Shown here in pieces: positions 54,605 to 63,103 of a stretch of 64,000 nt of DNA (the first letter of the stretch is position 1; every line of letters starts with the position of its first letter). Source of the DNA: Clostridia bacterium (lineage in GTDB: Bacteria > Bacillota > Clostridia > Christensenellales > CAG-314); contig JAFVYC010000022.1 in assembly GCA_017500855.1 (NCBI GenBank), positions 13,020 to 77,019 of the forward strand. The letters run 5' to 3'. Below the pieces are notes generated by a model. The model saw only the letters and a program-made list of their open reading frames with translations, was not told where the DNA came from and did not search any database. The translations under genes were made by a program, and so were the position numbers.

Positions 54605-55192
54605 ATGAAAAAGTTTTTTGCAGAATTCAAAAAGTTTATTCAAAGAGGCAACGTGGTTGACCTTGCTGTCGGCGTTATCATTGGTGGCGCATTCAGCAAA
54701 ATCACAAGCAGTTTGGTAAACGACATCATCATGCCACTCATCACGGCAGTGCTCAACTTGCTTGGTTTGCAAGGCGGAACAAAAGGTATGTGCATTGTGC
54801 TGAACGGCGTGCCACAATACTTGCCTGATGCAACGGGCGAATTGACTGTTGCCAACCCCGAAGCAATCCTTTGGAACTACGGCAACTTCATCCAAGTGAT
54901 TTTGGACTTTTTGCTAATTGCAATGGTTTTGTTCTTGATCATCAAGGCAATCAACTTTGCCAACAGTGAAATGGGCGCAGTTGCAAGCAAAAACAAAGTG
55001 TTGAGCCGTGAAGAAGTGCGTGAAATGCGCAAACAAGGCAAAACTCGCAAAGAAATTGCACAAGCACGTGACCAACGCATTGCCGAACTTGCCGAACAAA
55101 AACGCCTTGCCGACGAAGAAGCAAAGCGCAACGCTCCACCAACGGAACAACAATTGCTTGCGCAAATTCTTGAGCAATTGAAAAACAAATAG
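54605..55192 (+). CDS. mscL: large-conductance mechanosensitive channel with an extended charged C-terminus
   Basis: Start set at the ATG at 54605 (AGGAGG SD). 195 aa. FKKFIQRGNVVDLAVGVIIGGAFSKITSSLVNDIIMP is the MscL signature. About 60 extra Lys/Glu/Arg/Gln-rich residues sit at the C-terminus. Confidence 0.88.
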   Translation: MKKFFAEFKKFIQRGNVVDLAVGVIIGGAFSKITSSLVNDIIMPLITAVLNLLGLQGGTKGMCIVLNGVPQYLPDATGELTVANPEAILWNYGNFIQVILDFLLIAMVLFLIIKAINFANSEMGAVASKNKVLSREEVREMRKQGKTRKEIAQARDQRIAELAEQKRLADEEAKRNAPPTEQQLLAQILEQLKNK

Positions 55193-55224
55193 GTTGTTTT
55201 GCAAAAACGTCAATTTTGCCAACA

Positions 55225-55259
55225 CGGGGTAGCATTTTTTGGTGCTACCCCGTTTTTTT
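55225..55259 (+). terminator. intrinsic terminator of mscL
   Basis: Stem CGGGGTAGCA / TGCTACCCCG followed by T7. Confidence 0.8.
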
Positions 55260-55376
55260 GCAACAAACAATCAGCGCAAACAGCAATGCCGAAAAACTAC
55301 AAAAACCCCAACACGTGTGCAAAAAAAAACGCCCAAAGGATTGACCTTTGGGCGTTTTGCCTGTTTTGATGTTACT

Positions 55377-55991
55377 CTAGTCTTTGGGAAGGTTGAAGTG
55401 CCGTTTTGCCTTGCGCATGTACGCCACCAATCTGCCGTCTTGCAATTGTTTTTCCGTCACTTTGGATGTTTCCACAGTTTCCGGAATGATGAGCGTGTAC
55501 TCCGTCATGCCTGCCCTAGCTGTGTAGTAGGTAGTGCAAGTGTGGCCACGCACTTCGTAGCGACATTCGTTGCACACAAAGGTTTCCATGCCGTGTGAAA
55601 TGTAGAATGAACCGGAAGGGAATGGCTTGCCCGTTTGGTAGAACTTGCGTTCCAACTTGCCACCACAAAATTCGCAAACTCTGTAGGGAATGGATTCTTC
55701 CTTTTGTTTGTAGAACTCGGCCCTTTCTTTTTCCATAAATTTGGCGTGATTGTTTTTTGCAATTGCCTTGCCAATGTAAAAAACGGCAATGGCAACAGCC
55801 GTGCAAATGGCAACGTTGATAACGCCAAAAACGTCGTTGTCCTTCGCAACAAGAACTGTTGTGCCCAAAACAACGGCAAGAATGTTCCACACAATCACAG
55901 CAGCAACAATGGCGAGGATTTTTGCATTTCCCTTGAACAGGAATGGTTCTTCAATAAATTCGCCGTTCAAATCCCAATCTCTTTTTGCCAT
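55377..55991 (-). CDS. hypothetical membrane protein with a C-terminal zinc-ribbon-like domain
   Basis: 204 aa with a GGAGGAG SD. Two TM helices are followed by CEFCGG...(x28)...CNECRY. Confidence 0.65.
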   Translation of the reverse strand: MAKRDWDLNGEFIEEPFLFKGNAKILAIVAAVIVWNILAVVLGTTVLVAKDNDVFGVINVAICTAVAIAVFYIGKAIAKNNHAKFMEKERAEFYKQKEESIPYRVCEFCGGKLERKFYQTGKPFPSGSFYISHGMETFVCNECRYEVRGHTCTTYYTARAGMTEYTLIIPETVETSKVTEKQLQDGRLVAYMRKAKRHFNLPKD

Positions 55992-56060
55992 ACGTCTCCT
56001 CCATACGGTTTGATAGTGCCATTATACTTTATTATAGCAAACATGTCAAGCAACCAATAC

Positions 56061-56546
56061 TTAGTCCACGCACAATTGTTGTTGCAAAGAAAGCACCATT
56101 TGCTTGTACTCTTGCATGGTTTCGGCAAGTTTGTTTTGCTTGATGAGGCTGATGCAGTTGCAAATTACTTGGTAGATGCCGTTGTAGTAGTTGGCGCTGT
56201 TGTTGGAACTTTCAATTTTTTGCACAATTTGTGGCGCAGTTGCGTAGTAGCGCTTGATGAGCCACAAGCCTTCCGCTGTTTTTGCCATGTAGTTGTCCCT
56301 GAAGGCACGCAAAGTTTGCAGTTCCATGCAGTCGTCTGCCTTGCCAAGGTGTTTTACGCAAGCGGAAGTGAGGAAGCAACCGTCGCTACCGGAAGATGAA
56401 CTTCCACTATCTTCGTCGCACCAACCGGGGCAACCGTAGCCGTCGTTTGTGCCTTCCACCCATTGTTCGTAGTAGGTGCAGTACCAACCTGCGCCCGTTC
56501 TGTGTTCCACGTTGCCACATTTGCAACAAAGCCAATATGTAGACAT
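56061..56546 (-). CDS. Cys-rich hypothetical protein (paralog of 16960-17430)
   Basis: Start set at the ATG at 56546 (AAGGAGG SD). 161 aa. N-terminal WLCCKCGN...WYCTYY is followed by SDGCFLTSACVKHLGKADDCMELQTLRAFRDNYM and a helical tail collinear with the paralog. Confidence 0.7.
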   Translation of the reverse strand: MSTYWLCCKCGNVEHRTGAGWYCTYYEQWVEGTNDGYGCPGWCDEDSGSSSSGSDGCFLTSACVKHLGKADDCMELQTLRAFRDNYMAKTAEGLWLIKRYYATAPQIVQKIESSNNSANYYNGIYQVICNCISLIKQNKLAETMQEYKQMVLSLQQQLCVD

Positions 56547-56694
56547 AGTTTTTGTCCTCCTTGTGTTCAAAATTGTGTTGCAGTGAAAGTTGCTTTTGTT
56601 GATTTTTTGTCCTTGCAAAACCACTGCAAAACTTGCTTTGCAATGGTTGTTGCACGGCGTTTTTGCCACCACGGGGTGGCAAATTTTGTTGTTG

Positions 56695-59571
56695 CTACTG
56701 CTTCAAAATTGCCCAAATAACGTTGAGCGAATCGTAGAAAATCGTCCATTCCGAAAGGTCGGCAAATGGCTTGATGCAGTTGTGTTGCTTGCAAAGTTCA
56801 CGCTTGGTTTCCTCTTGGCACTCGAAGAACGTCCAACCGTGAGCAAGGTGGAAACGCACCCAGCGTTGGTGTTCCCAAGCGGAAAGTTGCGCAAAAATTT
56901 TGGCATTGTCCAACACGCCTTCGCCATTGGTTTGTTGCATGTACTTGGCGTTGTGCATTGGCGCAAACAACGATGCGCTTCGGTTGGAAGATTTTTCCCA
57001 AATGGAAATTTTTGCGTAGCTACGTTGTGGAAGTTGCGTGTCGTGTTGTTCGAACCACAAACGCATTGTTTCGCCAACAAACTTGAGCGCACCCAAGTTT
57101 TGAAGCCCTTGGAACTTGGTTTTTTGGCTGATTTTTTCCAAATTGGCAAGCACGGTTGCCACTTCTGCCGTGGTGGAAACGTCCCTGTTGCTGATTTTTG
57201 CAAACACGCTTGCCAGCACGTTGATGCAGTCGCCCCAGAATTGGCCAACGGCAAGTTTTTCCTCCTCGGTGGTGACGTCGGCCTTTTTGTACTGTGTGAC
57301 AAGCCAATTGTACATCATTTGCACGTCGTCCCGTTGCATGTAGCACTCGTTGAGCCAATCGGACATGCAACTGTACACGCAGTGATAGTTTTCTTCCACG
57401 CTGTGTTCAACAATTTCGCCGTAGGTGTAGATTTCGTCGTTGTTACCAACCACGATAACCACCATGTTGTCGCTTGTAAGCACGGTGTGGCTTTCGTTCC
57501 AAACACCGTGGCCGTTGATGAGCAAAGCGTTGTTGTGCCTGTTCCAAATGTTTACAACAATGTACTGCTTGCAACCGTGGTAGCGTCCACCACTGTTGTC
57601 GGAACGGCATTGTTTTTCGTTGGAAATGTCTTGAATGATGGCGTTTGCAGTCAGCACGTTTCGGTAGTCGTCGCCTGTTGCAACAACAATAATGTTGGGC
57701 GCATCGGGAACGTCCAACTGCATGCCCAGTTCAAGTTTGTTGCGAATGTCGCCAAGCGCTTCGCCAAATTCGGGGTCGATGTCGTTGCCCATTTCGGCAA
57801 TGTAACAGTTCAAAATGTCCAAAATTTCCAAGCAAAGTTGACGGTTGTGGGTGAACTTTACTTCACGGCCGGTCACGTTGTCTACGTGTGTGAAAAAGTC
57901 GAAATCCGTGCAAGCAACGTTGTTGAAACGGTACACAGGGGTGGGCATTTCGCCGTCGAAGGGGCTTTGTTGCGCCTTGTTGTGCTTGCTTTCCGCCAGC
58001 GCAACCACGTTGGCAAAGAACTTGTGGAAAGCCACCGTGTAGTCCTTGAATTGTTGTTCGGAAATGGTTCGGTTTTGCAATGCGTGTGTCAGCAATTTTT
58101 CAAGCGCCAACGATTGTTTTTCCGTTGCGCCACGCACGCTGTCTTCGTGCGCAAAGCACGGGTGTTCAAATGCAAACAAACCGCCAAGTTGCCTTGCAGA
58201 TGGGTCGAAAACTTCCACAGCAAAGTCTCTTGCAAGTCCCTTGTCGTCCAAAGCGGAAGTTTGAACAAACAGGTCGTTGGTGATGGATTGGCCCGTTGAG
58301 CCAAAACCAAGCGCCCACACAAGAAGCCCTGCGTTGTTGGCAATAAGTTGGTCTTGCAAGCCCATTTGTGCAAGGCGTTGCACCGTTTGCTTGCCGATGG
58401 TTTCCGATTCGTTCCACACGTCCAAAATGATGCGTTTGGAATACTGTTCAACAAGGTAGGCTTCGCAAGCCGCCCAATATTTTTTGTAGCCGGATTTTTC
58501 CAGCGCTTTCTTTTCTTGCTTGGATGCGTACACAAAGTTGCGCAAGCCTTGGTCAACTTGATCTCCGCTTACAAAGGACACAACTTGTTGCGCCTTGGTT
58601 TTGTCGGCAAGTTGCACGGTCACCGTTGCGCTCTTCAACACTTTGGCAAAATCCAACAGCATTGTGCGATTGTGGTAGTCGTAGGCTTGGTAGTTGATTG
58701 TGCGCTTGGTCAACAGCACGTACTCGATGCGCATGCCGTCGTCCTTGAGCAAACGTGCATGGATGTCATCAAAAATGATGTCCATGTTTTCTTCCTCTTG
58801 CGGAATGTGGTTGTCGGCGCCAAATGCAAACACCACAAAACGGCAAGAGTAGTTTTCTCTGTTTTTGTTGTTCAAAAACAACGATTTTGCAATGCTTTTT
58901 GGGTGGCTCTTGTCCTTGACGTACAACCAATACACAAACCCGTGTGCCATTATTTCACGGCAAAGTTCATCCTTGCCATCGAAAGGCTCCAAGTTGGGGC
59001 TGGCAAACACCACCATGTAGTCGTTGGGGCGAGCAACGGATTTTTTGTCCTTTTTGTAGGCTTCCAACTGTTGTTGATAGTGCTTTTTGATGTCCTTGGC
59101 AAGATGCACCGTTTCGTCGGTAACGGCAGTAAGCACGTAGATGTCCCTGTTCTTGTCCCTGCGCAAAAGTTGCATCAAGCCGTAGAATTCGTAGCTTGCC
59201 TTTGCGGAAATTACAAACAGCGTCATTGCGCCTGCGTAGATGGACGAGCCGTAGTACAAACATTGCAACAGGCTGGGAACAATTGTTCCTTCAAACTCCA
59301 TCAGCCCTTCGAAAGTCAACCCACCAATGCTACCGTAGATGGCTTGAATAACGGCAATGAAGCCTTTTTCCAAAGTTTCGCCATCCAACACAACAAGTTG
59401 AACGGCAAATTTGGTTGCAATGCTTGTGAGCAAGGCAACCCCAATAAAGAATGCTTCCACCAAAAATTTGCTGTGCGCAAACTTTCGGCGAATAGTGAAA
59501 TAGAGCCAAACTGATGCCAGAAACAGTCCAACAATGGAAACTATTGCCAGCGCTACTCCCCAAAAAATCAT
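56695..59571 (-). CDS. large membrane protein: N-terminal multi-TM block, two degenerate Rossmann-like blocks, RyR-like C-terminal domain
   Basis: Start set at the ATG at 59571 (GGAGGA SD). 958 aa. Four hydrophobic helices lie in the first ~150 aa, including GSIGGLTFEG between helices. Rossmann-like starts are DIYVLTAVTDETVHLAKDI and NIIVVATGDDYRNVLTANAI. The C-terminus LSAWEHQRWVRFHLAHGWTF...KQHNCIKPFADLSEWTIFYDSLNV fits the H..W..GW...K.H.C..P...L...D pattern of bacterial RyR-domain proteins. Confidence 0.72.
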   Translation of the reverse strand: MIFWGVALAIVSIVGLFLASVWLYFTIRRKFAHSKFLVEAFFIGVALLTSIATKFAVQLVVLDGETLEKGFIAVIQAIYGSIGGLTFEGLMEFEGTIVPSLLQCLYYGSSIYAGAMTLFVISAKASYEFYGLMQLLRRDKNRDIYVLTAVTDETVHLAKDIKKHYQQQLEAYKKDKKSVARPNDYMVVFASPNLEPFDGKDELCREIMAHGFVYWLYVKDKSHPKSIAKSLFLNNKNRENYSCRFVVFAFGADNHIPQEEENMDIIFDDIHARLLKDDGMRIEYVLLTKRTINYQAYDYHNRTMLLDFAKVLKSATVTVQLADKTKAQQVVSFVSGDQVDQGLRNFVYASKQEKKALEKSGYKKYWAACEAYLVEQYSKRIILDVWNESETIGKQTVQRLAQMGLQDQLIANNAGLLVWALGFGSTGQSITNDLFVQTSALDDKGLARDFAVEVFDPSARQLGGLFAFEHPCFAHEDSVRGATEKQSLALEKLLTHALQNRTISEQQFKDYTVAFHKFFANVVALAESKHNKAQQSPFDGEMPTPVYRFNNVACTDFDFFTHVDNVTGREVKFTHNRQLCLEILDILNCYIAEMGNDIDPEFGEALGDIRNKLELGMQLDVPDAPNIIVVATGDDYRNVLTANAIIQDISNEKQCRSDNSGGRYHGCKQYIVVNIWNRHNNALLINGHGVWNESHTVLTSDNMVVIVVGNNDEIYTYGEIVEHSVEENYHCVYSCMSDWLNECYMQRDDVQMMYNWLVTQYKKADVTTEEEKLAVGQFWGDCINVLASVFAKISNRDVSTTAEVATVLANLEKISQKTKFQGLQNLGALKFVGETMRLWFEQHDTQLPQRSYAKISIWEKSSNRSASLFAPMHNAKYMQQTNGEGVLDNAKIFAQLSAWEHQRWVRFHLAHGWTFFECQEETKRELCKQHNCIKPFADLSEWTIFYDSLNVIWAILKQ

Positions 59572-59632
59572 AGAAATCCTCCAATTCTTGGTTTTGTCCA
59601 CAAAGGAAGCACACACTCCCTTTGGTTAGTAA

Positions 59633-62161
59633 TTACAGAACAAACAGCAACAGCACAACTTGCGATACAATGCAAAGTGAAGATGTTGCAATTTCTTTTT
59701 TGCAGTCGCCTTCCTTGGTGGCAAGCACAATTGTGACAATTGCCGAAGCAACCGTTGCCAAAAGCAACGGAAGCACAACAAAGCCCGTTGCCTTGCACGC
59801 AAAGTACAACAAGTAGGCAACAACGGCAAGTGCAAGTTGTGGCGCGTGCGCCAGTTTTGCCGAAACTGTGTCAAAATCCTCGGCGGAAATCCACAACCAA
59901 CCAATTGTTGCAAAAACAAGCACGCCAAGCACGCAAGCCAAAACCCAGTTGGCAAGTTCGAAGGAAGCAAACAAAAGCAACACAACTGCCCCAACGTGCG
60001 CAACAAACGCAACGCAGTTGGAAACAATTGCAAGCACGGCAAATTCGTGCGAATCTTGGTTGAGGTACACCACGGCAACGACAAAACACTTGACAATTGC
60101 CACGGCAATCAAAGCAAACACCACCAAGTAGTGTTGCCTGAACACCATCAACAAAGCAACGTTGATTGCAGAAATTGCAAACAAAATTGCCGGAATAAGC
60201 GAAGTTCTTTCCTTGTAGGTCAGCCCGTACCTGCCGTTGACAAGCGCCAAAGTCAGCGGTTCAACAACGTTGTGAAGCATCAACGCAAAGAACACGCCGT
60301 ACGCCCATTGCAAAGTTTGCCAACTTGCAACTTGCGCTTGGTTGAGGTAGGTCAAGAAGAACCACGTCACAATGGCAACGACGGTAGTCACAGCAGTTGC
60401 AACGTACCTGCCCATGTACTCGATGGGGTACCTGATGCCGGCAACTGCCCAACTGATGCTGTAGGCAACAACGCCCACAAGAATAACTGCCGAAAATGTG
60501 CTGACATTGCCACCAATTGCCATGGAAAGCGCCATCACAACCATGGCAAGCGCCGACAAAACCGTTTGCGCACGGAAGCCGGTTGCATCAAAATCCCACT
60601 CTTCCTTGCAGGTTTGAACAGCCATGATAACTTGTGTTATTTGCCCACCAACCATCACAAGCAATTCGAATGCGTAGTTGGAATCAGCTTGGTGGAACAG
60701 CCCTGCCAACATCACGGCAAATGCCGACATGATGGCGGTGAAAATGTGGAACACGCCAAGTTGCTTGATTTTGTTGACAAAGCCTTGCACCGACAATGCC
60801 ACCCCTGCGGGGAACAACAACAGCGTGAGAAGTATTGCAAAAGAGCTGAAGTAGTCAGCAAACGCCATTGCCAATGCGCAGTTGACAACAAGCACAAAGT
60901 TGGCAACAAATGCGCCTGCTATCATCCAATTGACCTTGGCATCGTCCTTTTTGTGGGTGGCAAGCGCTTGGAAAGTTGTGCTTACCAAAGCAAAGCTGAG
61001 CGCCGATGCCGACCAAATGCAAACGTAGCTGATTGGGCTACTTGCAACTGCAAACGTCATGTACAACGTCAGCGCAAGCCAAAGCACAGCCAAAAGCCCT
61101 TGCACGGCGTTTTTCAAACGGAACCCACGCAACAGCTTGGTCAGTTCCCTGATTTTGGTTGCGTCGGCAGTGCTGTCCAACACCACGGAAGTGCTTGTGG
61201 AAGTCATCCACTTTCGTTCCCACGCAGTTGCCTTTTTGTCCGTGCAAACCTTGCGTGTTGCTTCGGCAACGGTCATTGTGCCACGAGTTGTAGTTGTGGT
61301 GGTCGTTGACGGACGGCTTGCCGTTGTGCTTGCCGTTGTTGACGGACGTGTTGTTGAAGCGCTTGTCGTTGTCGTTGGGCGATAAGTCGAAGCACTTGTC
61401 GTTGTTGTTGGACGGTAGGTAGACGTGCCTGCCGTGGAGCTTGGACGGTACGTAGACGTGGTTGTGGAAGTTGTTGGGCGATAAGTCGAAGTGCCCGCAG
61501 TTGAACTGGGCCTGTAGGAAGACGTGCCCGCAGTTGAACTTGGGCGATAGGTTGCGCTTCCGCCTGTGGAGGACACCGTTGTGCGAACGGTTGTGCTACT
61601 GGAAGAAGTGGACGTGCTTGTTGTTCGGCTTGTGGAAGTACTGCGAGAGGTGCTTGTTCCTGCTGTGGAACTTGGTCGATAAGTTGAAGTGCTTGCCGAC
61701 GTGCTACTTGTTGTTTTGGGTTTGGTGGAAGCACCATCGGCAGGGCCTGTTGCAAATGCGTTGGATGCCACGGATTTTGCCGTTGGGCGTTCCACAAGCG
61801 ATTTGCAGTTGTAGAAGGCTTCCTCGCCAATGCGTTCCAACCTTTCGTAGCCCACCACTGCAGTAAGTGCGTAGCAGTTCTTGAAGGCGTGCTTGTTGAT
61901 GTGCGTCACTTCCGAGTGAAGCACAATTTTGCGCAGGAAAATGCGCCCCTCGAAAGCGTGAGCGCCAATAACGGTATACTCGCCGGGAACGTACACAACG
62001 CCACCGCCCGCCATTGGCAAAGCCTTTGCCTTGGCAGGGGTGAGAGTAAGTTTTTCCACAACGGCTTTTTCGATGACGGCATGGGTAGTCCCGCCACAAA
62101 CTTCGCATTCAACAGCAGAATCTTCGTTGTTGCTGTTGCAATCTGCACAAATCCAAGTCAT
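59633..62161 (-). CDS. RanBP2-type zinc finger + BspA-type LRR + Ser/Thr-rich linker + polytopic membrane domain protein
   Basis: 842 aa. Residues 3-22 (WICADCNSNNEDSAVECEVC) fit W-x-C-x2-C-x3-N-x6-C-x2-C exactly. Residues ~55-137 are IGxxAFxxCxxL LRR_5-like repeats. Residues 145-293 are almost entirely S/T/R/P/Y. Residues ~345-842 carry about 12-14 TM helices. Confidence 0.75.
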   Translation of the reverse strand: MTWICADCNSNNEDSAVECEVCGGTTHAVIEKAVVEKLTLTPAKAKALPMAGGGVVYVPGEYTVIGAHAFEGRIFLRKIVLHSEVTHINKHAFKNCYALTAVVGYERLERIGEEAFYNCKSLVERPTAKSVASNAFATGPADGASTKPKTTSSTSASTSTYRPSSTAGTSTSRSTSTSRTTSTSTSSSSTTVRTTVSSTGGSATYRPSSTAGTSSYRPSSTAGTSTYRPTTSTTTSTYRPSSTAGTSTYRPTTTTSASTYRPTTTTSASTTRPSTTASTTASRPSTTTTTTTRGTMTVAEATRKVCTDKKATAWERKWMTSTSTSVVLDSTADATKIRELTKLLRGFRLKNAVQGLLAVLWLALTLYMTFAVASSPISYVCIWSASALSFALVSTTFQALATHKKDDAKVNWMIAGAFVANFVLVVNCALAMAFADYFSSFAILLTLLLFPAGVALSVQGFVNKIKQLGVFHIFTAIMSAFAVMLAGLFHQADSNYAFELLVMVGGQITQVIMAVQTCKEEWDFDATGFRAQTVLSALAMVVMALSMAIGGNVSTFSAVILVGVVAYSISWAVAGIRYPIEYMGRYVATAVTTVVAIVTWFFLTYLNQAQVASWQTLQWAYGVFFALMLHNVVEPLTLALVNGRYGLTYKERTSLIPAILFAISAINVALLMVFRQHYLVVFALIAVAIVKCFVVAVVYLNQDSHEFAVLAIVSNCVAFVAHVGAVVLLLFASFELANWVLACVLGVLVFATIGWLWISAEDFDTVSAKLAHAPQLALAVVAYLLYFACKATGFVVLPLLLATVASAIVTIVLATKEGDCKKEIATSSLCIVSQVVLLLFVL
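61283..61729 (-). repeat. in-frame low-complexity tandem repeats (TYRPSSTAGTS units) inside the 842-aa ORF
   Basis: The protein reads ...STYRPSSTAGTSTSRS...ATYRPSSTAGTSSYRPSSTAGTSTYRPTTSTTTSTYRPSSTAGTSTYRPTTTTSASTYRPTTTTSASTTRPS.... The DNA shows matching imperfect ~33-nt repeats. Confidence 0.85.
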
Positions 62162-62192
62162 AGTTGAAATTCCTTGCTAGTTTTGTTGAGTT

Positions 62193-63101
62193 CTAGTTGT
62201 ACAGCCTGTCGCATTCCTCGGCAAGCGAACCAATGCTTGACGCATTGCTACCACGCCCCAAGGCACGGAAACTCCAACCTGCGCCAACACGTTCGGCAAT
62301 GCCAATGATAAGTGCCGTGTTGCTACGCAAGTTTGCTTCCACCTTGTACTGAATGAGTGGTTTGCGAGTTGTTGGGTCGTACAACTTGATGTACATGTTC
62401 TTGACGTTGCCAAGTGTTTGGTGGCGTTCGGTGCATTTGTAGATGTTTAGCACAAACACCAACTTGTTCCTGTCCTGTGGCACTTTGTCAAGTTTGACGG
62501 AAATGTTTTCGTCGTCGGCTTGGGCAACGCCTTCGCCTGTGAGATTGTCGCCGTGGTGAACAACGCAACCGGTGCTGTGAACTTTTGCACCGTAGTAGAT
62601 TGTTTCCCATCCAGTTGGGCCCATCACAACAACCGACGAGTCAACGTCCATGTTGACACTGCCAACTGCAGGGTCCCAGCCAACGCCAACTTCTATTGCA
62701 AAAAGTGGCTTGCCACGACTTGTTATTTTTACGGTTTGCCCTTGGGACAGCGTGATTACGTCACCTTCTCGGTGGTTGCCATCCACAACGGCATCGGAGT
62801 AGTCAATTTTGAGTTGATTGCAGTAGATGCATTGAAAGTTGTACTTGGAAACGCCTTGGCAACTGCGTGCTGTGCAAGCGCATCCGCCCACCTTTCGGCT
62901 ACGGCAAACTTTGCAAGGCACAAGCGTTGTGTGCGTTTCGAAGGACGGTTGGGAAATTTCCGAAGTGATGACACGTGCTTCGTCGGTGGAAAGCCCAATC
63001 ATGTTGACAACTTTCCAACTTGCGCCGATTTTTTTCACTTCAAGACCGTAGTACTTGCCTGTGCGGTCGCATCTGGCTTTGATAAACTTGGTTTCCGCCA
63101 T
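62193..63101 (-). CDS. TerD-domain protein with an N-terminal Cys-rich extension
   Basis: 302 aa. Residues ~110-300 form a TerD domain (GVGWDPAV...VDSSVVVM...HHGDNLTGEGVAQADDENISVKLDKVP...LVFVLNIY...WSFRALG) with the Ca-binding GDNxTGEG..DDE motif. Residues 1-105 carry Cys at 11, 63, 66, 74, 76, 81, 91 and 94. Confidence 0.85.
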   Translation of the reverse strand: MAETKFIKARCDRTGKYYGLEVKKIGASWKVVNMIGLSTDEARVITSEISQPSFETHTTLVPCKVCRSRKVGGCACTARSCQGVSKYNFQCIYCNQLKIDYSDAVVDGNHREGDVITLSQGQTVKITSRGKPLFAIEVGVGWDPAVGSVNMDVDSSVVVMGPTGWETIYYGAKVHSTGCVVHHGDNLTGEGVAQADDENISVKLDKVPQDRNKLVFVLNIYKCTERHQTLGNVKNMYIKLYDPTTRKPLIQYKVEANLRSNTALIIGIAERVGAGWSFRALGRGSNASSIGSLAEECDRLYN

Positions 63102-63103
63102 GG

